Positions 13,101 to 26,541 are shown, counted from the stretch's first letter. The stretch: DNA of 64,000 nt from Trichoplax adhaerens (GCF_000150275.1 NW_002060961.1:124001-188000); one strand, 5' to 3'. Program-made: numbers and translations. Notes: generated from the letters alone by a model not told the origin.

Positions 13101-16100
13101 TAAAGTTTCAACCTTTGTGCAAATATTTGCTAATATAATGACAATTATAGCTGTCATTTCTTAGCGGAAAATCATTAATTTGGAAAAGAGGATATCGAAC
13201 GCATAGTAGAATAATTTAGTACCTGTACAAACTAAATTCTTAGCAAACCTGTTAGTTTAATTAAAGGGCTCAAGTCTCTCTTGCGGTTAAATTCATCGTA
13301 AACGTAGCAGGGAACTTCAGTTTTAGAAAACTTACTGGATACATAAGCACATGCCCCTGATGTAATCCATTGGAAGTAGAAAGTACAATCAATTTCATTA
13401 ACGAATTCTGGCGAGCCCTAGGATAAAATAGTACGGATGTTTTAATATTAGCGGGGGTAAGAATTTATCTAAACTAAACTTATATACTGTATATTCTTAT
13501 TATGATTTAATAGAATCCAGATGAATTTATAGCTATAATTAGGCAAAATAGATGATAAAACTTGAGCAAAATTCGTCAAACTCTCCTTAAGATCGCAATT
13601 ACAAAATAAATTGTTTGCTATACGTGCTATAAGATATGAAAGTCTTTTTATATAGATTTTGATAGCTTTTTAGATTTTATGTTGAATTATTGTTATCAAA
13701 GAAATCAACACTTAAATCCACTTATTTTTGAGTTAAAAAACAACTCACTGTTAGACATGGATTAAAGGTATAATTTCAAATTCATGCTCTAACACCAGAC
13801 CTCTAACCTGCTACATTTATAAGATACTTTTTACCAAAAACGCAGCTTTTCACTCATAATAATTCATAGACTTACTAATATACATCCGCGTGTGAATAGA
13901 ATGGTAATATTTATTTACTTAAGGTACATAATTTTAAATTCATGCTGTAATAAATTATGTGCGATAATCATTAAAGTTGCAAAAATATTTTTGTTCCATA
14001 ACCATTTTGTATCATTCTTGATGTACGGTACCGTAGTTAAAATACTGTTACATGCTATAAATCGCAATTTTTTGTTATCCACGGAATGAAAATCTCAGAA
14101 TAAAGAAGAAGAGATTAAACTTTGACTAATAACGCTATGTATAGAGATACAAAGCTGTTGCTATTTAATATTTTTAATATTTTTACTAATAGCGTTACTG
14201 GTCACATACCGAAATATGCAGAGCTCTAAGCTATTCCATTTATAGGATAATTTATACTTAAGATGCAACATTTCATTCATACTTATGCATAAACTTACTA
14301 GTGTATTTCCGCATCGAAATAAGATAGTTGTATTTATTTTTGTGCCAGGACGAAATTGGCAACTTGTCGTGCTCCGATATGTTAGGCTGAATCCGTGGCT
14401 GCTATCATTTGTCAAACTAACGATTGGATTGAATGTATAACTGCCAATATCTTCGGACACAGGTGCTGATATTTTGGATACGATGCGGCAAACTGCTGTA
14501 GCAGGTGGACAATCAATCGTTGGTTTAGTATGATTATTTAATCCGCTGCATATATTTATTAGAAACATTTGATTTGATGGTGAAGAACATTTCCATGTCC
14601 TGTTGAAACATATCCATGGTATAAAGAGTAAATTTACATTTAATTTCTTATATCCTGAAATTAACAATCTTTTAACCAACAAGAATATACAATTAATCTA
14701 TTAACGCCGAATCAATTTGTCAGAGCTTGTTTGTGTATTTAATGCTTGCTAATTCTTAATCTTGTCATAACATAATTCAGAGCTCTTTGAATCGACATTT
14801 TAAATTGAATATTAGGCAAAGTGAATTTAGGATTTTACAGTATGCTCATAAAACTATAGTTTAGTATTGATTACATCCATAACAGTCAAGCACAGTATCT
14901 AGAGTCGTAAGATTATGGAATATTCTTAATTAGTGCACTACCTATTTTGACTAATGGATAGCAATAATGATTTCGATTTGTGTGATTTATTAAGCAAGCG
15001 AGCATGATAATTTAACTATTAGCTATAAAAGTAGATTCAGAAGTAAAACTGCTTATCGATTTTGATATAAATTAAATTTCCGTATGTCAGCCAGTAACGA
15101 TCTCTTTCTTATTTTATCAAATCACATGATTTGTATAATATTAATTCTACTATGATAGATTAGATAAACCTTTATATTAAAGGAAAATAAAATAAATAAA
15201 TAATACTACAATATCAAGACAAATATCCCTAAACTCTTATTATTGAATCGACTACTAGAATGCTCAATCTACCAATTCCAGTTAAAATCTACACATTGTT
15301 CTAGTCTAGCACATAAGACCTATTAAGCCATGCACATAAATAATATATATTGGATATGTGCCATACATATGTGCAAGCTAAATATAAACAGCGAATTGAG
15401 TTGATGTCTGTAGTTAAAAAATTTTATGGAGCAAGCTCATCTGCTTTCAAGATAATATGTCCAGCTCTTTAATATTCAATTTCAAACCCTGAACTCAAAA
15501 ATTTAATCAAAAAATATCTGGTGTTCCAATCTTGTAGTATGCATATAATTTCAGTTAAACAATCAATGATTGAATGCAGTATATCTGTTGTACAGTAGTT
15601 GAATTAGTGGATTTAGTTCATGTCCATGGATACGAAAACCTTAATAAACTAATCTATTCATATACCACACTAATGCAAGCAACTCGCCTGAATTGAAATA
15701 AAATTAAAAAAGACGGCACTATTCTCGAGATCTGATGCATTTCATGAAGTCAATCATTGCTTAAATAAGATTTCTAACAAAATAATCCTTCCTTATATCT
15801 AATAACATATTTGGATTAGTTTCGGCTTTAAACCAGAAGAATATATTGCCTTAATAAATTGACTAGCTATTGCCTTGAAAAATTATCAGATTTATGCGTA
15901 AACTGAATCGAGATGTAAGATATGGCTTGCCGATAGTAAAATTTGAATAGATTATACTAGTTTATTTCTGTGTGAGATAAAAATATGAGAAACTGCTAGC
16001 TAGCAAATAGAATATAAATTGTGAGAACGCCTATACTGCATATAGTTCAGACCATTCAGATAGTAATTTGCCATAATACGTATTGTTCGGTTAGCAGCTT

Positions 16101-16825
16101 TAGGCATAATACCATGATAATGAGAGCATTTCGAATTTTAGCCGCATTTTAATATAGGAAATCCCATATGGTACTTTTCAAGACAGTAAATTGGAGTGAA
16201 GATTGCATTAATATAATCTAATTCTCTCATTCAGGCGCAAAATTTTCAAGGAATAAATATGATTTCTGCAGTGCATAACACCAAGCTAACATTCATATCT
16301 TCCCGCTGGCTTTTATCAAGCTGCGGTGATAATTGATCGAATGTTAGACTAAAAATGACAACAGACTTTTGAAATTAGCGCTAATTAAAAGTATTACGAT
16401 CGCCAAGGCGACAATTACTGAGTTTTAGTGTTAATTTCTAATATCGATTCTTTTGCATACTAAAAGGAACTAGAGCAGAGACTTTAACTGGCATGTTGAT
16501 ACAGTATGAACTAGTTTAATATAGATATCTTCTTTTCCGCCAAAAAATAAAAAGTACAGAACCGCAATATCAGAAACTGTAACATTAATATCATTCAGAG
16601 GTTTATGATGAGGACGTAGCTAGACCAATATAAATGCTCTTGTAAACTTATTTCTAGAAAAGCCGAGTCGCTAATAGTAGCTAAACGGAAACAAACTTAC
16701 CCATTAAGATAAGATAGGTATTGGTATTTGCTCGATAGATTATTTATGAGACAAGTTTCATGTGCTTTAAAGATAGCTAAGGATAGAATGATCCATAATA
16801 CGATGATAAATTGGCGGTTTAGCAT
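4125..16825 (-). CDS. IGF2R: Cation-independent mannose-6-phosphate receptor / IGF2R homologue, 13 exons, ~1904 aa: signal peptide, 12 MRH (CIMR) domains, TM helix, short tail
   Basis: Exons spliced by hand at GT-AG sites with consistent phases: 16825-16701, 14599-14299, 13417-13249, 12795-12503, 12318-11597, 11452-10852 (alternative in-phase acceptor ~11464), 10263-9987, 9394-8920, 8823-8676, 8449-6212, 4885-4809, 4596-4408, 4224-4125; total 5715 nt. Signal peptide MLNRQFIIVLWIILSLAIFKA. GSPEFVNEIDCTFYFQWITSGAC...EVPCYVYDEFNRKRDLSPLIKLTGGYLV closely resembles the vertebrate IGF2R domain 1/2 junction. Repeated C..YDLSxL..YINVC..STxIxFxC..CxYxFxWxTxxAC units. TM segment VTIIVIVVSAFIICTLS. Confidence 0.93.
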
Positions 16826-19800
16826 CGTTGTAACATGAAGGAAAGTTACGTAAAATCTGCTTTTTTGCGTTCAATCTGCCGTTAATTAGAAATTACTGTC
16901 AACATTAACTGCTGCAATCTCTTAAAGTACCATAGACATACGAACAATGCTAAAAGTGAATAAATGAACCTTAGTAGTTTTTGGTCTTGGTAGTTATGTA
17001 GCAATAATGATAAATTATTAGGCGGAGTTTGGAATGTGTCCAAGAAATGTTGTGACAGTTCTGCAATGTAATAACAGATTTGTTCCTAAAAGCCATAATA
17101 TTATGACGAATTCCATAAATATTATTTTTAGGTGTGAAATGAAGGGCAGTTTAAACTCACAATTCTCGCAAGTTGATGTTGTAGAATTGCTTATAAAAAT
17201 AATGTATAATAAGTGGAGAATAAACATTTCAGTATATACGCTTTAATAGAATATAAGAGAATATAAATGTTTCGACAAATAGTTTATCCTTACCTTGGCA
17301 CGAAATCACATTTATTGAAGATTATTATTAATAGTAAATAATGGCCGTAAAGCTATTTCAAAGATGCTAATTGGATAAATTGATACTTTTTACCTAGTCC
17401 TATATCATCAAGCATGGCCTTGATCTCTATGTTATGTTTTAAAAGTACGGTAATACACAATTAAATGTTTAAAATCATAGCTATAAAAACTTTGCAAACA
17501 AAGTCAAAAGAAGGAATTTAGATTATGATCTCTAATGCTGTATAGGCAGGTGTCAGCTTCCTCTGTCTATGTTATACTGTGTATAATCTGTAGTAGATTG
17601 CTTAGGTGATATATCTAACTTTACCAAATAAGCATGGTATAGTATTAAACTGCCGATCACATATGATTTTGTCCCATTTCCTTTCTGATTCAATATTAGC
17701 AATCATCATTTGCTGCCCCTAACTCAGGTGCCACCATGTAACTTCTTGATGGCATGTCGTATGCATCTAATATCAGTTAATGATTTATAACACGAATATC
17801 ATTGTTATTAATGGCGCTGCTAAGGTTAAATGAAACAGTATAATAGATTTAATTTTACATCTGGTAGGTGTATAATCATGGTTATAAGATATTGTACTAT
17901 ATATACTAATATCTGATAGCTTTTCTGAAGTAATTTCAATTATTTGTGAAGACAGTTGATGAGTTCTGTAAATATAATTGCCTCCAGCTGTTAGAAAATA
18001 TAGAATATTAATCCTACTTGTAACTGCACTGAATAAACTTGGCGCATTATAGAAGCTACTATAGCATACAGTTGTAGCATGATTCAAACCCTACATAATT
18101 TGGCTCCAGGTAGGTAAGCTTTGTGATAAAACAAAAATCAGCTTAACTCTACCAATTTCCATCAGAACGATCAATAAGGCCTGCATGACTTCTATCTTGA
18201 AGTCAATTTTCCGATATTACTACACCATATGTGATTTACTGCACGTATACGGGATACAATGCTATATTATATTCCAATGTGGCGTAATAAATTCTTGCAG
18301 AAAATCACACTTCTCCTTTTACACTATTCTATTGTGAAAATATACTTTGAAATGTTACGGTTAATAGAAGTAGATATGTACATGCCTTCTAAACGGCATC
18401 ACTAATTCTCGCAGATTATTAATGGCTTTATTAATTGATCAGCCGACATCTTACTGGTTAATGGTGCAATATGCTATCTTTCTGTAAATGTTTGCCAACT
18501 AATTACCTGGCACTAAACAGAATTACTAAGATTACACTGGATAAATTTCATAACTTAAAGCTCCCTTAACGCAAACTAGCATGCAACCATATTACAGTGA
18601 TGATAAAGTTATGGCATAGATATTCTAACTTTATCTGACTATAAACTAAGATAGTTATTGTTAAATTCAATTCCAGGATATTATTGCCTTGATTGGCCAT
18701 TGAGCTATATAGTGAATATTTCTTCGAAATTACCATGATTAATGGTCAATAAGTATGGAACCTGATAAAAAAGTCAATGCCCAGTATCTATTAGACAGCT
18801 CTATCTTCTATCCGCCTCCATATTGATAGCAAAAATATGGTATTTAGCTAGCATTCGCTCTAGAAATTCAATTAGTAATCCCAGAATGGACAAGTTTGAC
18901 TCCTTTAGAAATAATTCAGAAATATTTTATTGTTTAAATTAATTACTGCATAGAGCTCCCTAATACGACTAGTAAACAATGAGACTACGATTACCATTAT
19001 TATGAAACAGTAAAATAATTTAGGCGAGTCTGCCATCTTTTGGCGACATTCTCGGACGGTGTCAAATACAATGATAGCTAATATTCAATGTTCAAATTAT
19101 CAAGCACTAGGCAATCTTAGGTAATAGCACAATATCTTGTATATTAGATAATCCACCTATTCATTATCAAGATGTTCAAAATAATTCGTGATAAGAGAAA
19201 GACGAGCCATAATCAATATGCCGACAAATATGTGAGCCGACCTAGATTAACTTCAACATTTTAGCTGATACATGTTCTTCGAAAATCTATTATTATTATG
19301 GTGCCGTTCGCACATAATTCGATCAAAGCTTGAACATCTGTCAGAATAAACATCTATGACTAACAAGTTTTCGATATATAATACCATAAAGGTACATATC
19401 TTGGCGCATTGATACGGTCATCCCACCCCTTTCCCGCCCTTGGAGAGCTCGGCAAGCTTTATATACTTCCTCGGAGTTGCTCAAGTCATAGTTTGCTAAA
19501 CGACTCACATTCCGACATACAAAATCAACAATTTTTGCCGTCGAGAGATATATTCTAGTATATTATGATAACTGGCTAGTTATGAGTGCTTTAAAATGAG
19601 CGTGGGCAACCTATTCGCTCCAAATAAAGCAAATCAATAGAATATAGAACTGCAATGATGTTGGAATCGGAAGGAAATTACTTTATCAAAATTTTAGTAT
19701 GGAGGCGAGCACTTCTGAAGATAAAGTTTCTGGAAGAACAGAAATCCTGAAATTCAACTTTGTATACGTAAATTGTCAAGCTTTGAGCAAGTGCAAACAG

Positions 19801-21042
19801 AAAATTTTAAATCATTTACTGTAGTTAATAGCACCTATCAGTGTGATCCTAAGCTATTTTGTATGCCAACTGTTATATTATTAAAATTACTATAATTAAA
19901 GCTATATCCTCGAGATGACAAATGCAATTTTTTAAATATATTTGCATTATATCAACTTGAATACGTAGACAACCTACTCTAGCAAATAATATGGCAATAT
20001 CACTAATAACAGCTAGGTAGGTATAAACTAATCGCAATCAGATTTTGTTGAACACAACAGCTAAACAGACTTCAATGCATTTCGTGGCATAAAAATGCAA
20101 ATGTTATAGAATCCAAAAGTCTGATTAGTACCAAACCGATATCTAAATACGGTACATTATTCTGAGAAATTGAAAAGATACAGAAATGAATAATAATAAG
20201 AGATAAAACTTTGTAATGAGGCATAATAATAATAAAATCTTGATAGCTAGCATTACCGAATAGAAATAATCTGACATTCGTATTACAGTTTGCAAAATCA
20301 GGTAAATAAAATTCACCGTAATAACTGACAAAGGTAAGTTAATCACGAATTGGAAAGAGGTTTTAAAGTGCTACTGCGATACGATGTATTGATAAGTAGC
20401 GCGAGTAGTATGATTCTGTAATCAACAATAATATCGTAATAAGCATGATAAATTATCTTACTACAACGTCAAGTTGTTATAGTCGAAACGATTACATGTG
20501 CAGCACATATCAATGGGTTTCTAATTAATATTACTTTATAAACTTTCATGCAATATAATAGTGTATAGTAGATCCCGCACCATCCCAACAGGATGGAATC
20601 GATATCGTCCATCATTCGTTACTTATACTAATTTTGAATAGGAGACAACAGATATTAGTGAAAATTCTTGCGATACTTATTAATATCGTACATTAAGGAT
20701 CATACAAAATCTTGACGAATTACGTACTAGTAATAGCCTAGTATCCTTAGGCAGTCACTTTAGGAATATATGATTACAGTTTTGGGGACTGCATTTATGC
20801 AGAAATAGATATATCATGTGCATATTCTATATGCTGCTAGAGCAATTAAACAACTCTTCCGAATATTCTAGTATTATTTTTCGGAATATTCATATGTCGA
20901 ATAATAGACCAAAATAAATATCTCTTTTCATGTTAAGTAACCATCGTCGATTTAACTACATTGGCTACCTATATGACAGAATTTTTTTAACTATTTTGAT
21001 ATCGAATGTTGACTAAGCATATTCATTTTATGAAGACGCTAT

Positions 21043-22272
21043 TTAGTAGTACTGATTATAGGCATCTTGGCACAATGCTACATATTTTTCATATTCATCA
21101 CTAGTCATCTGATCGATGATTTTTTGATCAATATCATCTATTGAATAAGTTTCTCCATTGACTACCATTTCAAAATTGCTTTCTTCTTCCACACCATGAG
21201 GTTCATCATCGACAAAATTGCCACCAATAGCTTCTTCATCTTGGTCGCCGCTCACCCCGACACCTTTAAAACGATCTTCCTTTGCTGTTGGCTTATTGTT
21301 GGACGCTAGCTCATGGGCTAGCAACTCTGGCAATATACCCGTATCATGTTCGTGGCCAGTTTCACGGGTGGGTTGAGAATCGACTGCCTTATAGAAATCG
21401 GGCTGATCAGTAGAGTTTTCATCGTCTTGTTGATCAATGACAGTACTTTTGGCCATCCAGCTTGGCTTTTCCATTTTAGGTTTATCGTTAACGTTGTCTA
21501 ATTCACCTTTAACATTCACTCCTACAACTTGTTCATACATATTGTCAATTGATGGCATATTAGGTTTAGAGGATCTGCTAGTATTTGATCGGTAATCGCG
21601 ATTATTGGTTGGGGCAACATACGGTTCGGGCTCAAGTATTTCCGGAGCAAGGTTAATGTTATCGGCTGATTTTAGAATATCGAAAATTGGGCGATGTTGC
21701 TCATTAAAACTAACCAGGCTGCTGGTTCTCACTTTACTAGCTTCAATTTCGCTCGTATCTTCTTCAACTGGTGTAGAACAGTACGAGCACAGTAGTTTCT
21801 GTTCGATGGGATCTAACAACTGGCCAACGTCCGTATCTTCGTAACGATTATTACAGAAAGGGCAATAAAATGACGGTCTGTTTCTGGAAAAACTTTCTTC
21901 ATTTTGTATTCTTTTCCTAATGTGATCTAATTTATACTTGATAACATTGATAAGTACTTTAAAATTGATGTAATGGAATGTATAGCGGCTGGTACGGCCA
22001 TCAGCTGTTTCATTTAATTGCTTACTTTTAATAATTTTGTCCCTTTTTAAAACTGCCAAAATCAACCTTAACTGTTTCTGCTCCATTTTTAGCAATTCAC
22101 GAATATCATCCTCTTTGATACATGGCTTTTTAATTAAAAGATCAACAACGATATTTTCTTCTGGGCTATAGTAAGAATTCATGACTGTCTTTACCAGCTT
22201 GATCAATTTCTCTGGTACTTCTTGAATCACTTCATTGCTAGGAGCAGTTTGATTGATTGATATCTCACTCAT
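21043..22272 (-). CDS. GTF2E1: General transcription factor IIE subunit 1 (TFIIE alpha), single coding exon, 409 aa
   Basis: Winged-helix N-terminus (PCIKEDDIRELLKMEQKQLR..., YINFKVLINVIKYKLDHIRKRI), zinc ribbon CPFC...CSYC, FNEQHRPIFDILK, KPSWMAKSTV, acidic C-terminal domain VNGETYSIDDI...MTSDEYEKY. An acceptor-like ctacag lies one base before the ATG, implying a 5'UTR intron. Confidence 0.95.
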   Translation of the reverse strand: MSEISINQTAPSNEVIQEVPEKLIKLVKTVMNSYYSPEENIVVDLLIKKPCIKEDDIRELLKMEQKQLRLILAVLKRDKIIKSKQLNETADGRTSRYTFHYINFKVLINVIKYKLDHIRKRIQNEESFSRNRPSFYCPFCNNRYEDTDVGQLLDPIEQKLLCSYCSTPVEEDTSEIEASKVRTSSLVSFNEQHRPIFDILKSADNINLAPEILEPEPYVAPTNNRDYRSNTSRSSKPNMPSIDNMYEQVVGVNVKGELDNVNDKPKMEKPSWMAKSTVIDQQDDENSTDQPDFYKAVDSQPTRETGHEHDTGILPELLAHELASNNKPTAKEDRFKGVGVSGDQDEEAIGGNFVDDEPHGVEEESNFEMVVNGETYSIDDIDQKIIDQMTSDEYEKYVALCQDAYNQYY

Positions 22273-23456
22273 CCTGTAGCCTACTCTATCGATTTTAGGT
22301 GGAAGAAAGCAGTAATAAGAAAGAGCTTATGCGAATAGCTATAATATCATACACTGGTGGGTAAACCTTTTCAATAGTATTTTCGATGACCTACTAAAGG
22401 ATGTGTAGGGTTTATTTTACATTTGATACCTTTATGCAGTATAGTACGAATAACTACGACAAATTTGGTATCAATTGATCACTATTAAGTTAACAAGCTT
22501 AGTTCCAGTCCGTACTATTGAATTATGGCAATCTATTCTAGTCGTCAATCCAGTATCACGATCATTGACTCGCTACGGTCTTTTCTATGTCCTTCAATTA
22601 ATGCTACATTGTAAAGATGGAAATAATAACGTTTATGGTTCACTGATGAAGACGATGTACTGTACAAATCAGGATCGGTCAATTTTCTTGTACTGCAGTA
22701 GTCCATGGTAAGGTTATAACGACTAATTTTTAAAGACGATGTGCAATATTCATATACGGACGTGATCTGTTTGCAAGTGCAAGTTGGCTATCATGAATGT
22801 CCTAATTTACTCAATGCTATAATCATGCCCTATCTTATAATAGTCGAAATAAAGTGCTAGGATGATCTAACGCTTAAAGGTATTTTTCATTCAGTAGTAA
22901 GCAATTGTACTCGTCTAGATGACTACAGTAAAGGTTATGAATAATGTTGTAAATGCAAACAAACTCTATCTTACTTGCAACTAATATGGTATACTCTCTA
23001 CATGAATGGGAATATGGCTGACAATTGGTCGATAGAAGGAATTATTCCACCGATCAAAGAGTAAGCCTATCTTTCTTCAACCTTATCCTGATAACAAGAC
23101 GGATTACACTTTGCTCCTTCCATAACGAGTGAATAATTTAAAAAATCTAGACACCTATAGCATAATGATGGTCTTCATGGATGGAAATGACATGAAAATA
23201 GTCGACTTGGGTTCAAATTCATCTTAATCACCTTAAGAAGGAAGAAATTGGACAGCCTATCCATTCTCCCTCAATATCGACAGTGTACAAGTGTCTATTC
23301 AGCTACACTTGTGCAACTATCATGGCTAGTATCATACTGTCAAGTGTATTAGGCATGAAAGTCAATTTAACTAGGAGACATAATCCTATTGCATTGACTG
23401 TTGATGAATAAGATATCGATCGAGTTGATGGTTAACGTTAGACGATGAAGATTTAC

Positions 23457-23623
23457 CTTGAATTTTTCAAAGATGGCTGCAAAAGTTGGCCAGAACGATT
23501 TGGTTGCCAAGTGAAATAGTTCAAGCAATATTTGCAAGAGAATAAGATGGAGCATCAGCTGTGTCTTGCTACTCAGACGCTATCACCAAGTCTATAGTAG
23601 ACTGTATAGTTGTTCTTCCAGCG
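23457..23623. promoter_or_regulatory. Putative compact bidirectional promoter / paired non-coding first exons for GTF2E1 (-) and PCNP (+)
   Basis: Outward-facing splice donors: AAG|gtaaat on the - strand (exon end 23457) and GCG|gtaagt on the + strand (exon end 23623). Both flanking genes have AG acceptors just upstream of their ATGs. Confidence 0.45.
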
Positions 23624-23636
23624 GTAAGTTCGTATC

Positions 23637-23740
23637 TACAGTGTACAGTCTTCGTTGTTAGAAGCATCCTGTACTGTACACTGTAATAAGTACAGTACAG
23701 TGTACAGTGTACAGTACTCTATACTGTAACACGGTACTGA
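23637..23740. repeat. TACAGT(G)/ACTGTA short-repeat cluster containing a perfect 15-bp inverted repeat
   Basis: gtactgtacactgta (23671-23685) is the reverse complement of tacagtgtacagtac (23703-23717); further tacagtg units at 23637 and 23696. Confidence 0.75.
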
Positions 23741-24540
23741 GTATTGTAGACACTTTTGGTAAAGAGTCCTACTGTAAAGAATCCTGCCGGCAATATCTGA
23801 GTGTATAGCGCGCATTCACCAGCCCAATTCCCATACGTGCCCATGTTAATCGTATTGATATCCAAGTCTTGTATGGCAGAAATAAGCAAGATGCAATCAT
23901 TATGGCTGCTGCATGGTGCCCACTTTTAGCTGTAGGTTGAAGAGATTTTTCCCATCACGACAGCTGAAACTATTCTATAGGATAGTTTAGAGTCCCTGTG
24001 CATACTAATAGAGGTTTCTCACAGAAAATTCTCTTATTGACAATACTGTAGAAGGCCCTGTTAACCTTTGAACAGCTTTACGATGGCAACGTAACGTGAC
24101 CATCACTCCTTTTTTCTGTTACTCAATTGAACTACTCGATGCAATATTTACGTGGAATTAGAAACAACGATAGGCTTTGGAGGCTATTCGATGTTTTATA
24201 TGTAATTTACATGAGATACTGCATCGAATGGTACTATACTTGAAGCTGAAATTCGTTCGGTATTGAAGATATTGCCAAAGAAAATAAAGAAAAGTTTTTA
24301 TACTCAAGATTTTCGAGAAAGACATTACTGAGATCAAAGCCCGAGTCCGTCCGTTAGCCTACCGTATACTATAAGATGACTGTCATTGTACCCATACAGT
24401 ACAGTACGGTGTAGTTAAGTATCGTACGGTGGGACTATTGCAGGCAGTATTTGGATATCCTTCATCAGTCGCCCCCTGGTCCACTCCAATTGCTCAAGTG
24501 CAATCTAATTTGTTGAACTTTTATTTCAGTTTGCATCACC

Positions 24541-26001
24541 ATGGAAGCCAAAGAATCCAAAGACAAGATCGAAACCAATCGAGGTTGTCATTCTGCTCTT
24601 TAGCCATGCTATATAGCAAGTAGACATTGATACGGTATCTAGCGCCAGTGGTTGAGTAGTAATACAGTAGTGTCATTTTGCCACTTGGCGTCTTGTACTC
24701 TGCTGACTAGCATGTATAACCAAAAATATTCGTGTATAACTGAACCTGCAAGCCCTGCTGGCATTTATTAGATGACGAGACTCAAAATGATCCAAAAAGC
24801 AGCGATAAACGATCAGACACGACCAATACCAATCCAACTTCTGATCAATCCAGTTGTCCAAGCAGCGAGCAAAATGTAAAAAAACCAATCATGAAAACCA
24901 AAATTAAAGTCAGCCTAGCCCAAGCGAAACGCCCGCCAAGTGCAGTCGATCGTGTAGGTGTTTTTGCTTATGGCTGCTTATCATGGCGCATGGACCATGA
25001 TTACTTGTTAGATAGACTGCAAGATGCCTATAGAATTGTACAAGCTGTAGTGATGATAAATAAACTAATCTTCTACTGCAATTATAGGCTACCAACGTTG
25101 TTGCCAAGAAAGTCAAACCGAATGACTCCAGCCGAGTGTCGGTGGCCAAGGCTTTCCAACAATCGGATGAGGTTAACTACAATGAGAATAAAAAAATATA
25201 TTAGAAAGTCGTAACAAATGAGATGATAAAATTTTATGTATGTTAATTATTGGATGATAACAAATAAATAATAGCCTTACAAAGAGTGATTCCCTATGCA
25301 ATTTGCCTCATTGCTAGAGCGAAGAGGAAGAAATGCCTTTAGAAGCAAAGATAAGAATGAGGAATGTCGGACGGTAATTGTATTACTCAAGTAACCCTGC
25401 CATGAGCAACCATGTTACCTTTTTACTTTGTGCTGCTGATGCCAATCAGTGCATGACTACTGTATTTTTCTTTGCTAAAGTATAGCGTGCAATATTTATA
25501 ATGTATTTGTATGATATTGATCTGTTATGAATTTCTGCAGTAGCATTGTCTAAATTCTCATCAAGGAGCAACGCTTAAGGCACGAGTTGCTTCCGGATTA
25601 TTCGTATAACAAATAGGAATGATACGTGTACTAACAGCTCTGTAATAGCTTGTTCTATATATGGATATACGAGCACATTATAGACCTAGTTTCTATTTCA
25701 ACAGTGTTGCTCAACTTGCATTAGCGTTATAATCATCAGAACTGAGATGTAGTTTAGATCATTGCAATCCGAATCTGGTATCCATGACATGCTACTATCT
25801 TATACTTGTATAGAACATAGCTGATAATACAGGGATCTTCCACGCCAATGATAAATTATGCTGTGTATTGTTACCTTTAGTTTCACACCTACGTCTTCCG
25901 GACCCAATTCATTTGGCAAGACAAATCAGGGATTTGTTGACACAGGACGATTATGGAAGAAGAAGATGGAAGATATCGGTAAAGACGTAAATGAGAAATA
26001 A
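24541..26001 (+). CDS. PCNP: PEST proteolytic signal-containing nuclear protein, 5 coding exons, 161 aa
   Basis: Exons 24541-24583, 24772-24953, 25088-25171, 25318-25373, 25881-26001 (486 nt, in frame). The spliced product contains VAKAFQQSDESEEEEMPLEAKIRMRNVGRFTPTSSGPNSFGKTNQGFVDTGRLWKKKM, matching the PCNP signature EEMPxEAKxRMxNxGRxTPTSxGPNSF. Only fragments of it appear in the ORF track. Confidence 0.93.
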
Positions 26002-26541
26002 AGACTATCCTCCATCATTAAAGTTCTTGCCACTAAGCAACGTCATGGTACTCAAACTATGGTCTACGTCTCTCGTCTACTTTACTGTATAGAATTAATT
26101 TTTACATTGGTTATTTGTAGTTATCGCATCTTTATAGACCGTACTGCATAACGAATTTGAAAATAGATAGCATCATTATCCTTGTGACGCTAAACAGTAT
26201 TGCAAATTAAGGAGATGTACTAGAATGGGCATCAACAATTACTTTTAAATGTCATTTCGTAAATGGTATAGTGGTTTACTAGTATTATATTATATTGCAG
26301 ACGCTCAAGTCAGCAGTATAAAGATAGCAATTATATATTTGATAATGAAAGCAATTGGAATTTGCCTAGTTGTTAAACTTCTATAAATAGAAGCTCCATA
26401 TCAACTACCGGAAGCTATACCTTTTAGGTATAGTGCATTGGTTAGTTGATTGCATTTTACTAAATTTGACTAGGTTATACTATATTGAAAGTTCCGCTAT
26501 TTATAAACTAAACTTAACTTTGCTCGTTTGTATTTGCTCAC

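Noticed and set aside
19341-19520. Minus-strand frame ...DLSNSEEVYKACRAL... faintly like a short-chain dehydrogenase segment, with a GC-rich patch
   Set aside because: Under 60 codons, with no supporting splice structure or further motifs.
17018-20346. Short track ORFs (17018-17227, 17034-17246, 17785-18087, 20143-20346)
   Set aside because: Composition reflects AT-rich non-coding DNA; no domains or consistent splice sites.
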